DNA of 64,000 bases from Candidatus Omnitrophota bacterium (GTDB taxonomy: Bacteria; Omnitrophota; Gorgyraeia; Gygaellales; Profunditerraquicolaceae): contig JAHFFR010000001.1 in NCBI GenBank assembly GCA_023247825.1, forward strand, positions 23,009 through 87,008. The letters run 5' to 3'. The notes under the pieces are model-generated. The model saw only the letters and a program-made list of their open reading frames with translations, had not been told where the DNA came from and did not search any database. Position 1 is the first letter of the stretch. Each line of letters starts with the position of its first letter. A program made the translations under genes and the position numbers. Shown one piece after another: positions 28,634-38,399 of the stretch.

Positions 28634-29589
28634 TATCTTAATTTCTGAAGTTCGGCATCCACCATCATCTTCACCATCTCGTCGAATTTTACCTCTGGCG
28701 CCCAATCCAGCTGCTTTATCGTCTTCTCTGGATTTCCCACCAGTTCTACCGGCTCAGCCGGACGGTACGCATTAGCGTCTTCCCGCACGTAATCGCGATA
28801 ATCCAAACCCAGATGCTTAAAAGCGATCTCACACAGATCCCTTACCGAATGAGTCTTACCGGTAGCCACCACATAATCTTCCGCATGCGGCTGCTGCAGC
28901 ATAAGCCACATAGCCCGCACATAATCCCCCGCAAATCCCCAATCCCTTCGCGCATCAAGATTACCAAGACGAAGCTCATTGGCCAGCCCCAGCTTGATCT
29001 TCGCTGACTGATAGGCGATCTTTCTCGTAACGAAATTTAATCCACGGCGCGGGCTCTCGTGATTAAACAAGATTGCCGAACACACAAACAGCCCGTAATA
29101 CTGACGGTAAATTCGAATCATTGAGTGCGCATAAAGTTTGGCAGCGCCATAGGGACTGCGCGGCTTAAATGGCGTTTCTACCGACTGCGGACTTCCAACT
29201 GCATCGCCAAACATTTCGCTGCTCGACGCCTGACAGAAATGAATACCGGAATCGACCTCGCTGATCGCCTTCAGCATGCGCGCGACTGCGAGCCCATTTA
29301 TCTCACCGATTCCAACAGGGTCATCGAACATACCTTCCCCAGATGAACAAGCTGCATAGTTGTATACTTCTACAGGCTTATTGCGCAAAAAAATATCCAC
29401 TATCTCTTTCTGATCCAACATGTCCCACTCAATCAACTCAACCCTGCTCATAAGTGAAGCAGACATGTTATCAGAAGTTTTATGTACATCCCTCACGGTA
29501 CCAACAACACGATATCCCTTAGCAAGCAAAAGCTCTGCCAGATACGAACCATCCTGACCGGCAATACCGGTGACTAAAGCCGTCTTCAT
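28633..29589 (-). CDS. Short Gmd-family enzyme (GDP-4-keto-6-deoxy-sugar reductase, Rmd/DmhB-like, or dehydratase)
   Basis: MKTALVTGIAGQDGSYLAELLLAKGY, YGAAK and FNHESPRRG motifs. At 318 aa it is shorter than a canonical Gmd. Confidence 0.75.
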   Translation of the reverse strand: MKTALVTGIAGQDGSYLAELLLAKGYRVVGTVRDVHKTSDNMSASLMSRVELIEWDMLDQKEIVDIFLRNKPVEVYNYAACSSGEGMFDDPVGIGEINGLAVARMLKAISEVDSGIHFCQASSSEMFGDAVGSPQSVETPFKPRSPYGAAKLYAHSMIRIYRQYYGLFVCSAILFNHESPRRGLNFVTRKIAYQSAKIKLGLANELRLGNLDARRDWGFAGDYVRAMWLMLQQPHAEDYVVATGKTHSVRDLCEIAFKHLGLDYRDYVREDANAYRPAEPVELVGNPEKTIKQLDWAPEVKFDEMVKMMVDAELQKLR

Positions 29590-29624
29590 CGGTTATCAGC
29601 CCTCCGGCATAAGTTTATCTTTCA

Positions 29625-30722
29625 TTAAGCAAAAAAACTTTCATATAACGAATAGTGTTCATCCGCGATTTGCTGCCATTCATCCCGATCAATATCAGCA
29701 TCATATCCACGCCGTGTCCCCGCATACACTGCAAGAGCCGACTTCATCTCTTGGATATCATCAACTTTCGCAAAGTAGATATTACGTTTTTTATCATAAC
29801 CATTTTGGGTCATCGATGTCGTTATTACAAACGCCCCATTCAATACCGCCCCATGGATTGAGCTGTTCCATTCGCCTCCGCCGTCGCGGAAAGGCAGGAT
29901 CACGGCATCCGTTACTGCCAGTAACGCCGCAGCATCGGCAGCGGAAAGAAAACCGGTGACCGTCATTTTTTCTATCCATGGCTCAGTAGAAGCGCGCTGG
30001 GCTATCTTACGGAAATAATCCCCTTTTTCATCAACCTCCCCGGCTATGATGATCTGGTCTGTGGCAGATTCGGCAATATCAAATAAAAATTCTACCCCCT
30101 TATGGGGATATACGAAACCAAAGAAAACGATCAACCGTTTCTGTTTTCTTAAATATTGTTTTTTTAACATCTCCTTTTCATGCTCTCCCAGATCAACGCG
30201 GGGAACACACGATGCGTTTCGTATGAGTAGAACTTTTTTTCCCCATAAAGCCCACCGCAGCAAAGGATGCAGGATCCTTTCTCTATATTGAGGACGAACA
30301 ACCACCAATTTACCGGGAATAATAGATATCAAAAAAAGCATCGGCGCGTTTCGCCTGCTGTATCCTTCGTGCCAGGTCTGCACAACTTTTTTTCTCATCA
30401 GAAAGGAGACAATCGGCAACAACCACGGCAACAGTCCATCTCCATAACCTTGCGTCGGATATTGTATATGCACAATATCGGGTAACCATTGCCGGATGGT
30501 CTTTACGATCTTCAACACTTCAACAAAATTCCACTTTTTTACAACAGGAAAAATTTCGACCCCGTCAGCATTATCAACCTTTGCTTTGGCAATACTTGTA
30601 AGCACGCCAACGCGAATACCCCTATCAATAGCAAGCGCTTTCGCCAAGCTATAACTATAGTCGCCAATCCCGCATCTCATCGGCGGATAGGAACCTGTGA
30701 TTAACAATACCCGTATAATCAT
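29625..30722 (-). CDS. Glycosyltransferase family 4
   Basis: Starts MIIRVLLITGSYPPMRCGIGDYS. Shows the C-terminal GT-B pattern. 365 aa. Confidence 0.75.
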   Translation of the reverse strand: MIIRVLLITGSYPPMRCGIGDYSYSLAKALAIDRGIRVGVLTSIAKAKVDNADGVEIFPVVKKWNFVEVLKIVKTIRQWLPDIVHIQYPTQGYGDGLLPWLLPIVSFLMRKKVVQTWHEGYSRRNAPMLFLISIIPGKLVVVRPQYRERILHPLLRWALWGKKVLLIRNASCVPRVDLGEHEKEMLKKQYLRKQKRLIVFFGFVYPHKGVEFLFDIAESATDQIIIAGEVDEKGDYFRKIAQRASTEPWIEKMTVTGFLSAADAAALLAVTDAVILPFRDGGGEWNSSIHGAVLNGAFVITTSMTQNGYDKKRNIYFAKVDDIQEMKSALAVYAGTRRGYDADIDRDEWQQIADEHYSLYESFFA

Positions 30723-31627
30723 ACAGACTTTCTAAGCGCCAACCATGCGAAGGTATATTGCTTTCCCCAAAAATTAATCGGTTTATTTTTACCGTCATAC
30801 ATCATCTCACCTACGGGAAATAAGCTATATCCTGCTGCTTCAGCAATAAACCCGATAATTTCATCTCTGGAAAAAATCTTCCAATCCATTCCAAAAAAAT
30901 CGATGCCTGCTGTATTGATCTTCTCCGACCAGTAATCGAACGACGCTATAAAGTAGCCGCCCGGCTTTAAAAGGCGCGACATCTCTTTCAGCAACGAATG
31001 ACCGCAAAAACCATGCTCAATTACGGAGATCGCTGTAATCGCCTGGAAGGATGCGTCGTTAAACTTTGTGCGCATAAAATCAGCGACTACATACCGTATA
31101 AAATCTTGATGCGGCATTTCCCGCAGATTTGGATTCAAGTCCACCCCGGTTAAATTTGAATAGCCCAATGCATGCAACGCTACAATCATTTCAGAAGCAT
31201 AAGAACCAATATCAAGTATAGGTTCCTTCCTTTGTACGTACCTCTCAAGAAAATTCAAGGTAGAAAGCACATCCCAGCTCTTTAACATATCTCCTATCGC
31301 CATTCCGCGCGTAAAGCCTGATCTTCTCATTAAAGAGCATAAAGGAGATTCGACAAAAGAGATCCCCCTTTTTACCATCTCTTGACGAGACTTACTTATT
31401 TGTAATTTATTCTGCAAAACTTTCATGGCCATTGTATTTAAAAAGCATATCCTGATACTCAAAACCAACCCGTCATCTCCAACTGCAGTGACTTTGGGGG
31501 TTTTAGCATGTACCACAAAATTCATATCCTTAATTATTTTTAAAAGTCCATCGCAACTCGACCCATTAGACTCAAGCCATCCGGAGTTAAACTCGCACAT
31601 AAGGTATTTAACATGCCTCTTTTGCAA
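30719..31627 (-). CDS. Class I SAM-dependent methyltransferase (Methyltransf_11-like). The annotated start overlaps the upstream gene by 88 bp; the true start is probably an internal Met
   Basis: LDIGSYASEM...VDLNP motifs. 302 aa as drawn. Confidence 0.6.
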   Translation of the reverse strand: MQKRHVKYLMCEFNSGWLESNGSSCDGLLKIIKDMNFVVHAKTPKVTAVGDDGLVLSIRICFLNTMAMKVLQNKLQISKSRQEMVKRGISFVESPLCSLMRRSGFTRGMAIGDMLKSWDVLSTLNFLERYVQRKEPILDIGSYASEMIVALHALGYSNLTGVDLNPNLREMPHQDFIRYVVADFMRTKFNDASFQAITAISVIEHGFCGHSLLKEMSRLLKPGGYFIASFDYWSEKINTAGIDFFGMDWKIFSRDEIIGFIAEAAGYSLFPVGEMMYDGKNKPINFWGKQYTFAWLALRKSV

Positions 31628-32232
31628 ATATTTAGATATACCTCGAAAAACATTCGGCTCAAAACTTCAACATCTACTTTCATGAGATTAATTACAGACA
31701 GAGATTGCACGGACGGATGTGAATCTAAGCGGCAAACCTGGACATTAACCGGAATTAATGATTTGTTGCTTGGAACCAAAGACGGAGAATGTAAATGAGC
31801 CTGATTTGGCAGGTGCAGATCCAGCCACTCTTCTTTATCCCCGGCCGCGCATTGAAAAGCATCAACATGGGTGATACGATTGCTCTTAAGGACAGTAACA
31901 AGTTTTTTGTACGCATATGGACTTGGCTCAAATGCCAGTACATGCCCCTTACTACCAACCAAACTCGCTGCCAGAGTTGTATAATACTCAACGTTTGCAC
32001 CCACATCCAAAAAATTACCGCCTGGTTTAAGTATTTCCTTAACCCAGCGGGATTGGACAGGTTCATATCTGCCAAGATATATTTGCCTTTGTATGGATTC
32101 GCCAACATCAAACTCCATCCGATAGCCGTTACATAACCCGTAGATTGATTTCGGCCTTAATCGGACGAAGAACAATAAAACGCTCTGTGGAAATTTCTGG
32201 AAAAGCTTCTGGAAAAATATATACATATTCAT
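31540..32232 (-). CDS. FkbM-family methyltransferase
   Basis: FLDVGANVEYYT...LAFEPSP, typical of Methyltransf_21. 230 aa. Confidence 0.65.
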   Translation of the reverse strand: MNMYIFFQKLFQKFPQSVLLFFVRLRPKSIYGLCNGYRMEFDVGESIQRQIYLGRYEPVQSRWVKEILKPGGNFLDVGANVEYYTTLAASLVGSKGHVLAFEPSPYAYKKLVTVLKSNRITHVDAFQCAAGDKEEWLDLHLPNQAHLHSPSLVPSNKSLIPVNVQVCRLDSHPSVQSLSVINLMKVDVEVLSRMFFEVYLNICKRGMLNTLCASLTPDGLSLMGRVAMDF

Positions 32233-32260
32233 TCGTACACCTTGCTATGTATTCACTTTT

Positions 32261-33349
32261 TTATAGCCCCTTATCATGTTTTTTGATCAGTTCCTGCTGT
32301 TTGGCATTTTTTAAATCATGGTGTATCATTTCAGCAACAAGTTCACGAAAGCCGGTCTTAGGAACCCATCCCAGTATGGCCTTTGCCTTGCTCGCATCGC
32401 CAAGGAGCGATTCAACTTCTGTTGACCGGAAATAGCGATGATCCACAGCGATAATATTACAGCCTTCTTGGGTATAGCCCTTTTCGTCTAGCCCATCCCC
32501 TTTCCACGTTAATTGAATACCGAGTTCGGCTGCCGCCAATTCAACGAATTCGCGCACACTGTGTTGTTCTCCGGTAGCAATCACAAGGTCTTGCGGCTCC
32601 GGCTGCTGCAGCATTAGCCATTGCGCCTCAACGTAATCTCTGGCGTGGCCCCAGTCACGTTTTGCGTTCAGATTACCCAGATATAGACACTCCTGTAAAC
32701 CAAGCTTGATACGAGTCAACGCCTGAGTAATCTTGCGACTAACAAAGAGTTCGCCTCGTATCGGAGATTCGTGGTTAAACAAGATACCGTTACAGGCGAA
32801 TATACCGTACGCTTCACGATAGTTAATCGTAATCCAATAGGCGTAAAGTTTCGCTACTGCATATGGCGAGCGGGGATAAAATGCGGTTGTTTCCTTCTGA
32901 GGAAATTCTTGCGCAAGACCAAAAAGCTCGGAAGTAGAAGCCTGGTAATAGCGCGTTTTTTTCTCAAGCCCAAGTATCCGTATCGCCTCAAGTACTCGTA
33001 AAGCCCCTAAAGCATCAGAATTAGCGGTATATTCGGGTTCTTCAAATGACACAGCAACGTGGCTCTGCGCCGCCAGGTTATATATTTCATCGGGTTGCGT
33101 CTGATGTATAATCCTGATAAGGCTGGATGAATCAGTCATGTCACCATGATGAAGAAAAAGACGGACATTTTTTTCATGAATATCGTGCAAAAGATGATCT
33201 ATCCGGCCAGTATTAAAAAGAGAGGTGCGCCTTCTTATACCATGAACTATATAACCTTTATCCAAAAGAAATTCAGCAAGATATGCCCCATCTTGACCTG
33301 TAATACCTGTAATTAAAGCAACCTTTGGTTTTGTCATCATTTTCTCCAT
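32261..33349 (-). CDS. gmd: GDP-mannose-type 4,6-dehydratase
   Basis: [40 protein letters not shown] and FNHESPIRG motifs. 362 aa. Confidence 0.85.
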   Translation of the reverse strand: MEKMMTKPKVALITGITGQDGAYLAEFLLDKGYIVHGIRRRTSLFNTGRIDHLLHDIHEKNVRLFLHHGDMTDSSSLIRIIHQTQPDEIYNLAAQSHVAVSFEEPEYTANSDALGALRVLEAIRILGLEKKTRYYQASTSELFGLAQEFPQKETTAFYPRSPYAVAKLYAYWITINYREAYGIFACNGILFNHESPIRGELFVSRKITQALTRIKLGLQECLYLGNLNAKRDWGHARDYVEAQWLMLQQPEPQDLVIATGEQHSVREFVELAAAELGIQLTWKGDGLDEKGYTQEGCNIIAVDHRYFRSTEVESLLGDASKAKAILGWVPKTGFRELVAEMIHHDLKNAKQQELIKKHDKGL

Positions 33350-33352
33350 AAG

Positions 33353-34252
33353 CTAACCACCGTGCACAACACGCCTAAGCTTTTTATAGATAACCGCTGG
33401 CAGAAATAATTTAACGAGATGTCCCGCTCCCCTACGTACTAAGTAATACAAATAAGTAGCCATGGCTTTGGTTTTCGGCAATCCATATTGTCTCAATAAC
33501 CTTAAATGTTCTTTCATGCTCTGAACAAGGTAACTTTCTCCAATGCCCCCGACTCCTCTATGAATCATAAGAGAACTGTTGTAAAAACCATTTCCACCGT
33601 TTAGATATAACCTCAAGAACCATTCATAGTCTGCGACAAATTTATATGTCATATCCATTAACCCCACTCTTTGGAAACATTCTCTTTTTATTACCATAGT
33701 TGGAAAATTACAACGCGGGTATCCGGATATTAGTGATTTCGCATAGTTTTTTTCACCTTTGCATATCGCGACTTGATCTCCATTCTTGTACATCACCATA
33801 TCTCCAAAAACAAAATCAGCACCTGACTCCAAAAGCGATCCGACTGCCATTCCAATAAAATCAGGATCAATCCAGTCATCTGACGACAACCAGAATATAA
33901 AGTCGCCTTTGGACATACTTACTGCTTTATTAAATGCATCGGATGTCCCGCAATCCGGCTCACTAATCCACAAATCGATTTTATCGTTAAATTTTTTGAT
34001 TACCTCTAAAGTGCCATCTGTAGATGCACCATCAACAACAATGTATTCGATGTTCGGATAGCTTTGATTCAATACAGACATTATTGTCTGCGGCAATGTT
34101 TCCTTCCGGTTCCATACGATTGTTATAACGGTTATAAGAGGCCGCTCCGGATCGCCTTGCCGTTTGCTAGCCGAACGACCCCCTATCTGACGAAGAAGAT
34201 GGGCAGTCTTCTTTAAATAATCGTCAATAGTAGGAACATTCTTCACTATCAT
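33353..34252 (-). CDS. Glycosyltransferase family 2
   Basis: ITVITIVWNRKETLPQTIMSVLNQSYPNIEYIVVDGASTDGT. 299 aa. Confidence 0.8.
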   Translation of the reverse strand: MIVKNVPTIDDYLKKTAHLLRQIGGRSASKRQGDPERPLITVITIVWNRKETLPQTIMSVLNQSYPNIEYIVVDGASTDGTLEVIKKFNDKIDLWISEPDCGTSDAFNKAVSMSKGDFIFWLSSDDWIDPDFIGMAVGSLLESGADFVFGDMVMYKNGDQVAICKGEKNYAKSLISGYPRCNFPTMVIKRECFQRVGLMDMTYKFVADYEWFLRLYLNGGNGFYNSSLMIHRGVGGIGESYLVQSMKEHLRLLRQYGLPKTKAMATYLYYLVRRGAGHLVKLFLPAVIYKKLRRVVHGG

Positions 34253-35616
34253 AATTTAAATATTCTATTCGAAATATAATAATTATATAAGCAATTGTGG
34301 ATTTTCTTGAAGAACTTATTAGGCGGAACGACTTTTATCAACCAGATAGCTATCTTATTAAGAGGAAAATGGAGTTTTGCAATCAACGCTCCAAGTAAAT
34401 ATATATTATACCGTATATCTTTTTCCTTTTCAGTAAAACACGGCATAGTGGGCCTTAAACTGCATCCGGTCATATCACCCTGATGCGAAGATGGATCAAT
34501 CAAACCCCTTTCCGCACAATACAGATATAGCTCAGTTCCTTTCATAGGCACGGTTATTGAATAGCTTGGATAGGCCACTTTCCCCTTTCTACACAACCCG
34601 ATTGTATCTAAATCATCTTGTAATGTGGATTCTGGGGCAGCGAGCATAAAATTGACCCAAGTGTTAATTCCGTGGTCTCTTATCATTTTCAATTTTTCCG
34701 CTATATCCACCTTTCTCATCTGTCTTTTCAAGATTTTCTCCCGGACATACTCCGAGGTGCTATCCACAGAAAGATGGACGGAAAAACAACCGGCCTTCTT
34801 AAGTAATTTTAATAGGCCGTCATCGACCAGATCAAATCTTAAATAACAGTTGAAGGGAACACCGATTCGTTTCAAATATTTGTCGGTAAATTCATCGAGC
34901 CAGGCATCGGCTTTCATAGCAAATAGATCATCGCCAAATTTAACAAAATCCATGCGGTATTTACTTTTTACCGACTCAATCTCCTGTATAAGCCTTTCTA
35001 CAGAAAATCGCCTCACTATGGGCCCTTTACCCTTATAGAGTTCATTGTAGTAATTATTGCAACAATAGGCGCACCTGTAGGGGCATCCACGAGTAGCATA
35101 AAAAGTTTTTTTAGGTACATTTTTAAGGAAGGAATTTGAAATTACCAGATCCCTGTCAGCAGTAGGTAATTCATCCAGATTTTTGATTAACGGTCTTACG
35201 GCATTCTTCTTATCTTTAGTGATTAAATTGGGTACCTCATCGAATGATTTGCCGCTCTCAACTTTAGTCAAGAAATCCTTGAACGCATATTCACCCTCCC
35301 CCACGCAATAAGCATTCATCTCACTCTGATCAAAGGTTTCAGGCGAAAATGTAGCCTGGGGGCCTCCCATAATCGAAACAAAACGGTGCTTTTGTTTTGC
35401 CTTTTTGTGATTCTCAACAATCTGCTTGAATCCCACTATGTTAGCGGAATAAGCAATAACATCGGGCTTTATCCTGCTTACTTCTCCCAGGAAGTCGTTG
35501 TCCTTTAGAGTGCAAAAATACGTAGAATGAGCCATATTTTTAGCTATTGCGGATAAATAAGCGATAGCAATATGGTCGGCAAAATCCAATTGAGATATTG
35601 AAAATAAAATCTTCAA
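34249..35616 (-). CDS. Cobalamin-binding radical SAM enzyme (class B), second copy
   Basis: B12-binding-like N-terminus plus RGCPYRCAYCCNN. 455 aa. Confidence 0.8.
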   Translation of the reverse strand: MKILFSISQLDFADHIAIAYLSAIAKNMAHSTYFCTLKDNDFLGEVSRIKPDVIAYSANIVGFKQIVENHKKAKQKHRFVSIMGGPQATFSPETFDQSEMNAYCVGEGEYAFKDFLTKVESGKSFDEVPNLITKDKKNAVRPLIKNLDELPTADRDLVISNSFLKNVPKKTFYATRGCPYRCAYCCNNYYNELYKGKGPIVRRFSVERLIQEIESVKSKYRMDFVKFGDDLFAMKADAWLDEFTDKYLKRIGVPFNCYLRFDLVDDGLLKLLKKAGCFSVHLSVDSTSEYVREKILKRQMRKVDIAEKLKMIRDHGINTWVNFMLAAPESTLQDDLDTIGLCRKGKVAYPSYSITVPMKGTELYLYCAERGLIDPSSHQGDMTGCSLRPTMPCFTEKEKDIRYNIYLLGALIAKLHFPLNKIAIWLIKVVPPNKFFKKIHNCLYNYYISNRIFKL

Positions 35617-35619
35617 TGA

Positions 35620-36501
35620 TTATGGTTTCCCTTTAAGCCACAGTGCTATCCTTTTGACATACTTAAGATACATAGATGGTTTTCTGATCCCTCGATTTAT
35701 CCTTCTAAAAATTAACCTATATCTTTCCATACTGTTCTCTATTTTTTCAATAAATATATTACCCTTGCCACGCCAACGTCCTCGTGGCCCCTGGGATGCC
35801 TTAAGGATTTCTACGTCAGAAAACGACTCAACCGGTATTGGTCTCCTTGATTGAACTTTTCCGTTGATTGTCCATAGACTTTCAAGCAACCCCCTATCAT
35901 GTTCCCAAAACTCATTGCATAAATTACTACTGGCGCTTTTATTTCTATCTTCATTTATGTATACATCACTCATCACAACTCTGCCTCCTGCTTCGTAGGC
36001 TCTCATTGTTAGATCTAAAGACCACATAACAGCTATAAAATTCTTGTCTATTCCACCTATATCACGATAAAACTTCTTTGACATTAGACCGCAAATCGGC
36101 ATCAAAGGAGTGTTCTCATCTCCGGCGAAGAAACGATGCGCAAAATGAGATTGATCTTCGCCATTCGTCATTATCTTTGACGACACAATTATTTTATCGG
36201 AATTACATAATTTGTAAATGGCATAAAGTTTATCCAGAGGCTGCGGGGTATTAAATTCACAGTCATCAGCTATATCCATCATAAGATCGGCAGTAGTATT
36301 CCTCACCGCTATCTCGACACACTGCGTTGGCTTTACAAACGACCTAATGAAACGAAAATTCTTTGGCAGTTCATAATCGGGTGGATTGGGCCCTACGAAG
36401 ACCAACTCAAATTCAACATCATTATCACCGATGCTCTTGTATAAAGCCATCCAATTCTGCGGCCTGTGAGCAGAAGCAACAATTCCAATCCTAGGACTCA
36501 T
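35620..36501 (-). CDS. Hypothetical protein, putative GT-A-fold glycosyltransferase (tandem paralogue A)
   Basis: DIADDCEF (DxD-like) and YRDIGGIDKNF (GGxD.xF-like) motifs. It has a near-identical 5' DNA tract with the next gene. Confidence 0.4.
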   Translation of the reverse strand: MSPRIGIVASAHRPQNWMALYKSIGDNDVEFELVFVGPNPPDYELPKNFRFIRSFVKPTQCVEIAVRNTTADLMMDIADDCEFNTPQPLDKLYAIYKLCNSDKIIVSSKIMTNGEDQSHFAHRFFAGDENTPLMPICGLMSKKFYRDIGGIDKNFIAVMWSLDLTMRAYEAGGRVVMSDVYINEDRNKSASSNLCNEFWEHDRGLLESLWTINGKVQSRRPIPVESFSDVEILKASQGPRGRWRGKGNIFIEKIENSMERYRLIFRRINRGIRKPSMYLKYVKRIALWLKGKP

Positions 36502-37364
36502 GGATTACCTCTTTTAGCCATTATTTTTGCGGCCATTCTCTTTGCATAATTAAGATACATAGATGGTTTTCTAATGCCACGCATTACCCTGGGAAGATTG
36601 GTTTCTATTTTTTCAAAAAGTATAAAACCATTGCCGCGCCATCGCCCTCGAGGCCCCTGAGATGCCTTGAGTATATTTATGTCAGAAAAAGGTTCCACCG
36701 GTTTCATTCGACAAAAATGAACCTTCCCGTTCTTTGTCCACAGACTATCAAGCAGTCCTCTATCGTGCTCCCAAAACTCAGTACATAAACTACTTCCTGC
36801 CCTTTTACTTTTATCCTCATTGAGGTATACATCGCTTATTACAACTTTGCCCCCTAAGGCGTAAACTCTCATGGCGATGTCTAAATCCCCAAAAATAGCT
36901 TGAAAATTCCTATCTATACCCCCAATATCACGATAAAGCTTTCTTGACATCAAAGCAGCTAACGGCACTATCGGCGAACTAGAATCGGAAAAGTGATGCG
37001 CCGAAGAGGATAGGTCTATGCCGTCCATCATATACCTGCATGACAATATTATTTTGTCATTGTTATAGCTTTTATATGTTTGGTAAAGCCTGCCCAGCGG
37101 TCTGGACCCCTGAAATTCGCAATCATCAGTAAAATTAAGCATTATAAGATCGGCAGTAGTATTCCTCACCGCTATCTCTAAACACTGCTGTGGTTTTACT
37201 ATCGATCTGATAAAACGAAAATTCTTTGGCAGCTCATAATCGGGCGGATTGGGCCCTACGAAGACCAACTCAAATTCAACATCATTATCACCGATGCTCT
37301 TGTATAAAGCCATCCAATTCTGCGGCCTGTGTGCGGATGAACAAATAGCTATTTTCGGATCCAT
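36498..37364 (-). CDS. Hypothetical protein, putative GT-A-fold glycosyltransferase (tandem paralogue B)
   Basis: A paralogue of 35620..36501. Residues ~11-48 are encoded by a DNA tract >98% identical to the paralogue; the rest has diverged. Confidence 0.4.
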   Translation of the reverse strand: MDPKIAICSSAHRPQNWMALYKSIGDNDVEFELVFVGPNPPDYELPKNFRFIRSIVKPQQCLEIAVRNTTADLIMLNFTDDCEFQGSRPLGRLYQTYKSYNNDKIILSCRYMMDGIDLSSSAHHFSDSSSPIVPLAALMSRKLYRDIGGIDRNFQAIFGDLDIAMRVYALGGKVVISDVYLNEDKSKRAGSSLCTEFWEHDRGLLDSLWTKNGKVHFCRMKPVEPFSDINILKASQGPRGRWRGNGFILFEKIETNLPRVMRGIRKPSMYLNYAKRMAAKIMAKRGNP

Positions 37365-37400
37365 ACATTACCTTTCTTAATCATTATTTTCTATATCATT

Positions 37401-38399
37401 CTAATAAAAATCCTGTGTTGAATACATAATCACCTGGCTTCCCAGTTTTTCAAAAGAAAAAGGGACATAGAGGATCTTACTTAATTTCTCCTTTATTTTA
37501 GGCTGAACTTGCGGCTCAGCGAACATAAGAATAAATCCTCCGCCTCCGGCGCCTAATAGTTTCCCCCCAAGCGCTCCAGCCCTGCGCGCAGTTTCATAAA
37601 TAGCGTCGATTTGGCTAGTAGAAATCATCTGAGTAAGGCTACGCTTAATTTGCCAGGATTCGTGCAGCAATTTACCAAAATCCCGAATATCGCAAGAATT
37701 ATCATTGAGGATGTCTACTGCCTTATCTACCATTCCCTGCATACTCTGCAATTGGCTCTTCAACGCCGGGGTCTTCTTAATCTGTTCTCCCGCAATATCC
37801 GAAGCATTTCGGGAAAACCCAGTAAAGAACAACATTAAGTAACTCTGCAATAACTCAATTTTTTCTTTGGGAATAGTTATAGGATGAACATAGAATTCAT
37901 CTTCGCCGCCGAACTCAATTTTATTTAGGCCGCCAAAGGTAACAGCCACCTGATCCTGGGCGCCGACGTTTTCTTTGATCAAATTATGCTCCACGTTAAT
38001 TGCATCACGCGCTAATTGCCGCTTGGTTACCATTCTACCCTTAAGAGCGTTTAAAGCATGTAAAAAACCTACGGTAAAAGCTGAGCTTGAACCAACTCCG
38101 GATCGGGCCGGGATATCGCTGGAATGGACCATCTCAATCCCATGTTCAATATTTATAAATTTTAAACATTCCCGCACGGAGGGATGCTTAATCTGAGAGA
38201 TATCCTGCGTTTCTTCGCGTTCAACATAACGAATACGATACTTATGGTCAAAAAAAGGAGGAAGATACCGACAATTAATATAACAGTACTTGTTAATCGT
38301 GGTACTCAGGACGGCTCCGCCATTTTCCTTATACCAGAGAGGATAATCTGTTCCTCCCCCAAAGAAAGAAATCCTTAACGGGGTACGCGTAATAATCAT
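37401..38399 (-). CDS. GHMP-family sugar kinase, D-glycero-D-manno-heptose 7-phosphate kinase (HddA)-like
   Basis: PLRISFFGGGTD and PARSGVGSSSAF motifs. 332 aa. Confidence 0.7.
   Translation of the reverse strand: MIITRTPLRISFFGGGTDYPLWYKENGGAVLSTTINKYCYINCRYLPPFFDHKYRIRYVEREETQDISQIKHPSVRECLKFINIEHGIEMVHSSDIPARSGVGSSSAFTVGFLHALNALKGRMVTKRQLARDAINVEHNLIKENVGAQDQVAVTFGGLNKIEFGGEDEFYVHPITIPKEKIELLQSYLMLFFTGFSRNASDIAGEQIKKTPALKSQLQSMQGMVDKAVDILNDNSCDIRDFGKLLHESWQIKRSLTQMISTSQIDAIYETARRAGALGGKLLGAGGGGFILMFAEPQVQPKIKEKLSKILYVPFSFEKLGSQVIMYSTQDFY

Noticed and set aside
28633-28705. 73-bp overlap between the C-methyltransferase and the upstream Gmd-like gene
   Set aside because: The internal Met (MYRKVDKC) gives a TAATG stop/start junction. 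The N-terminal extension is an ORF-caller artefact, not a real overlap.
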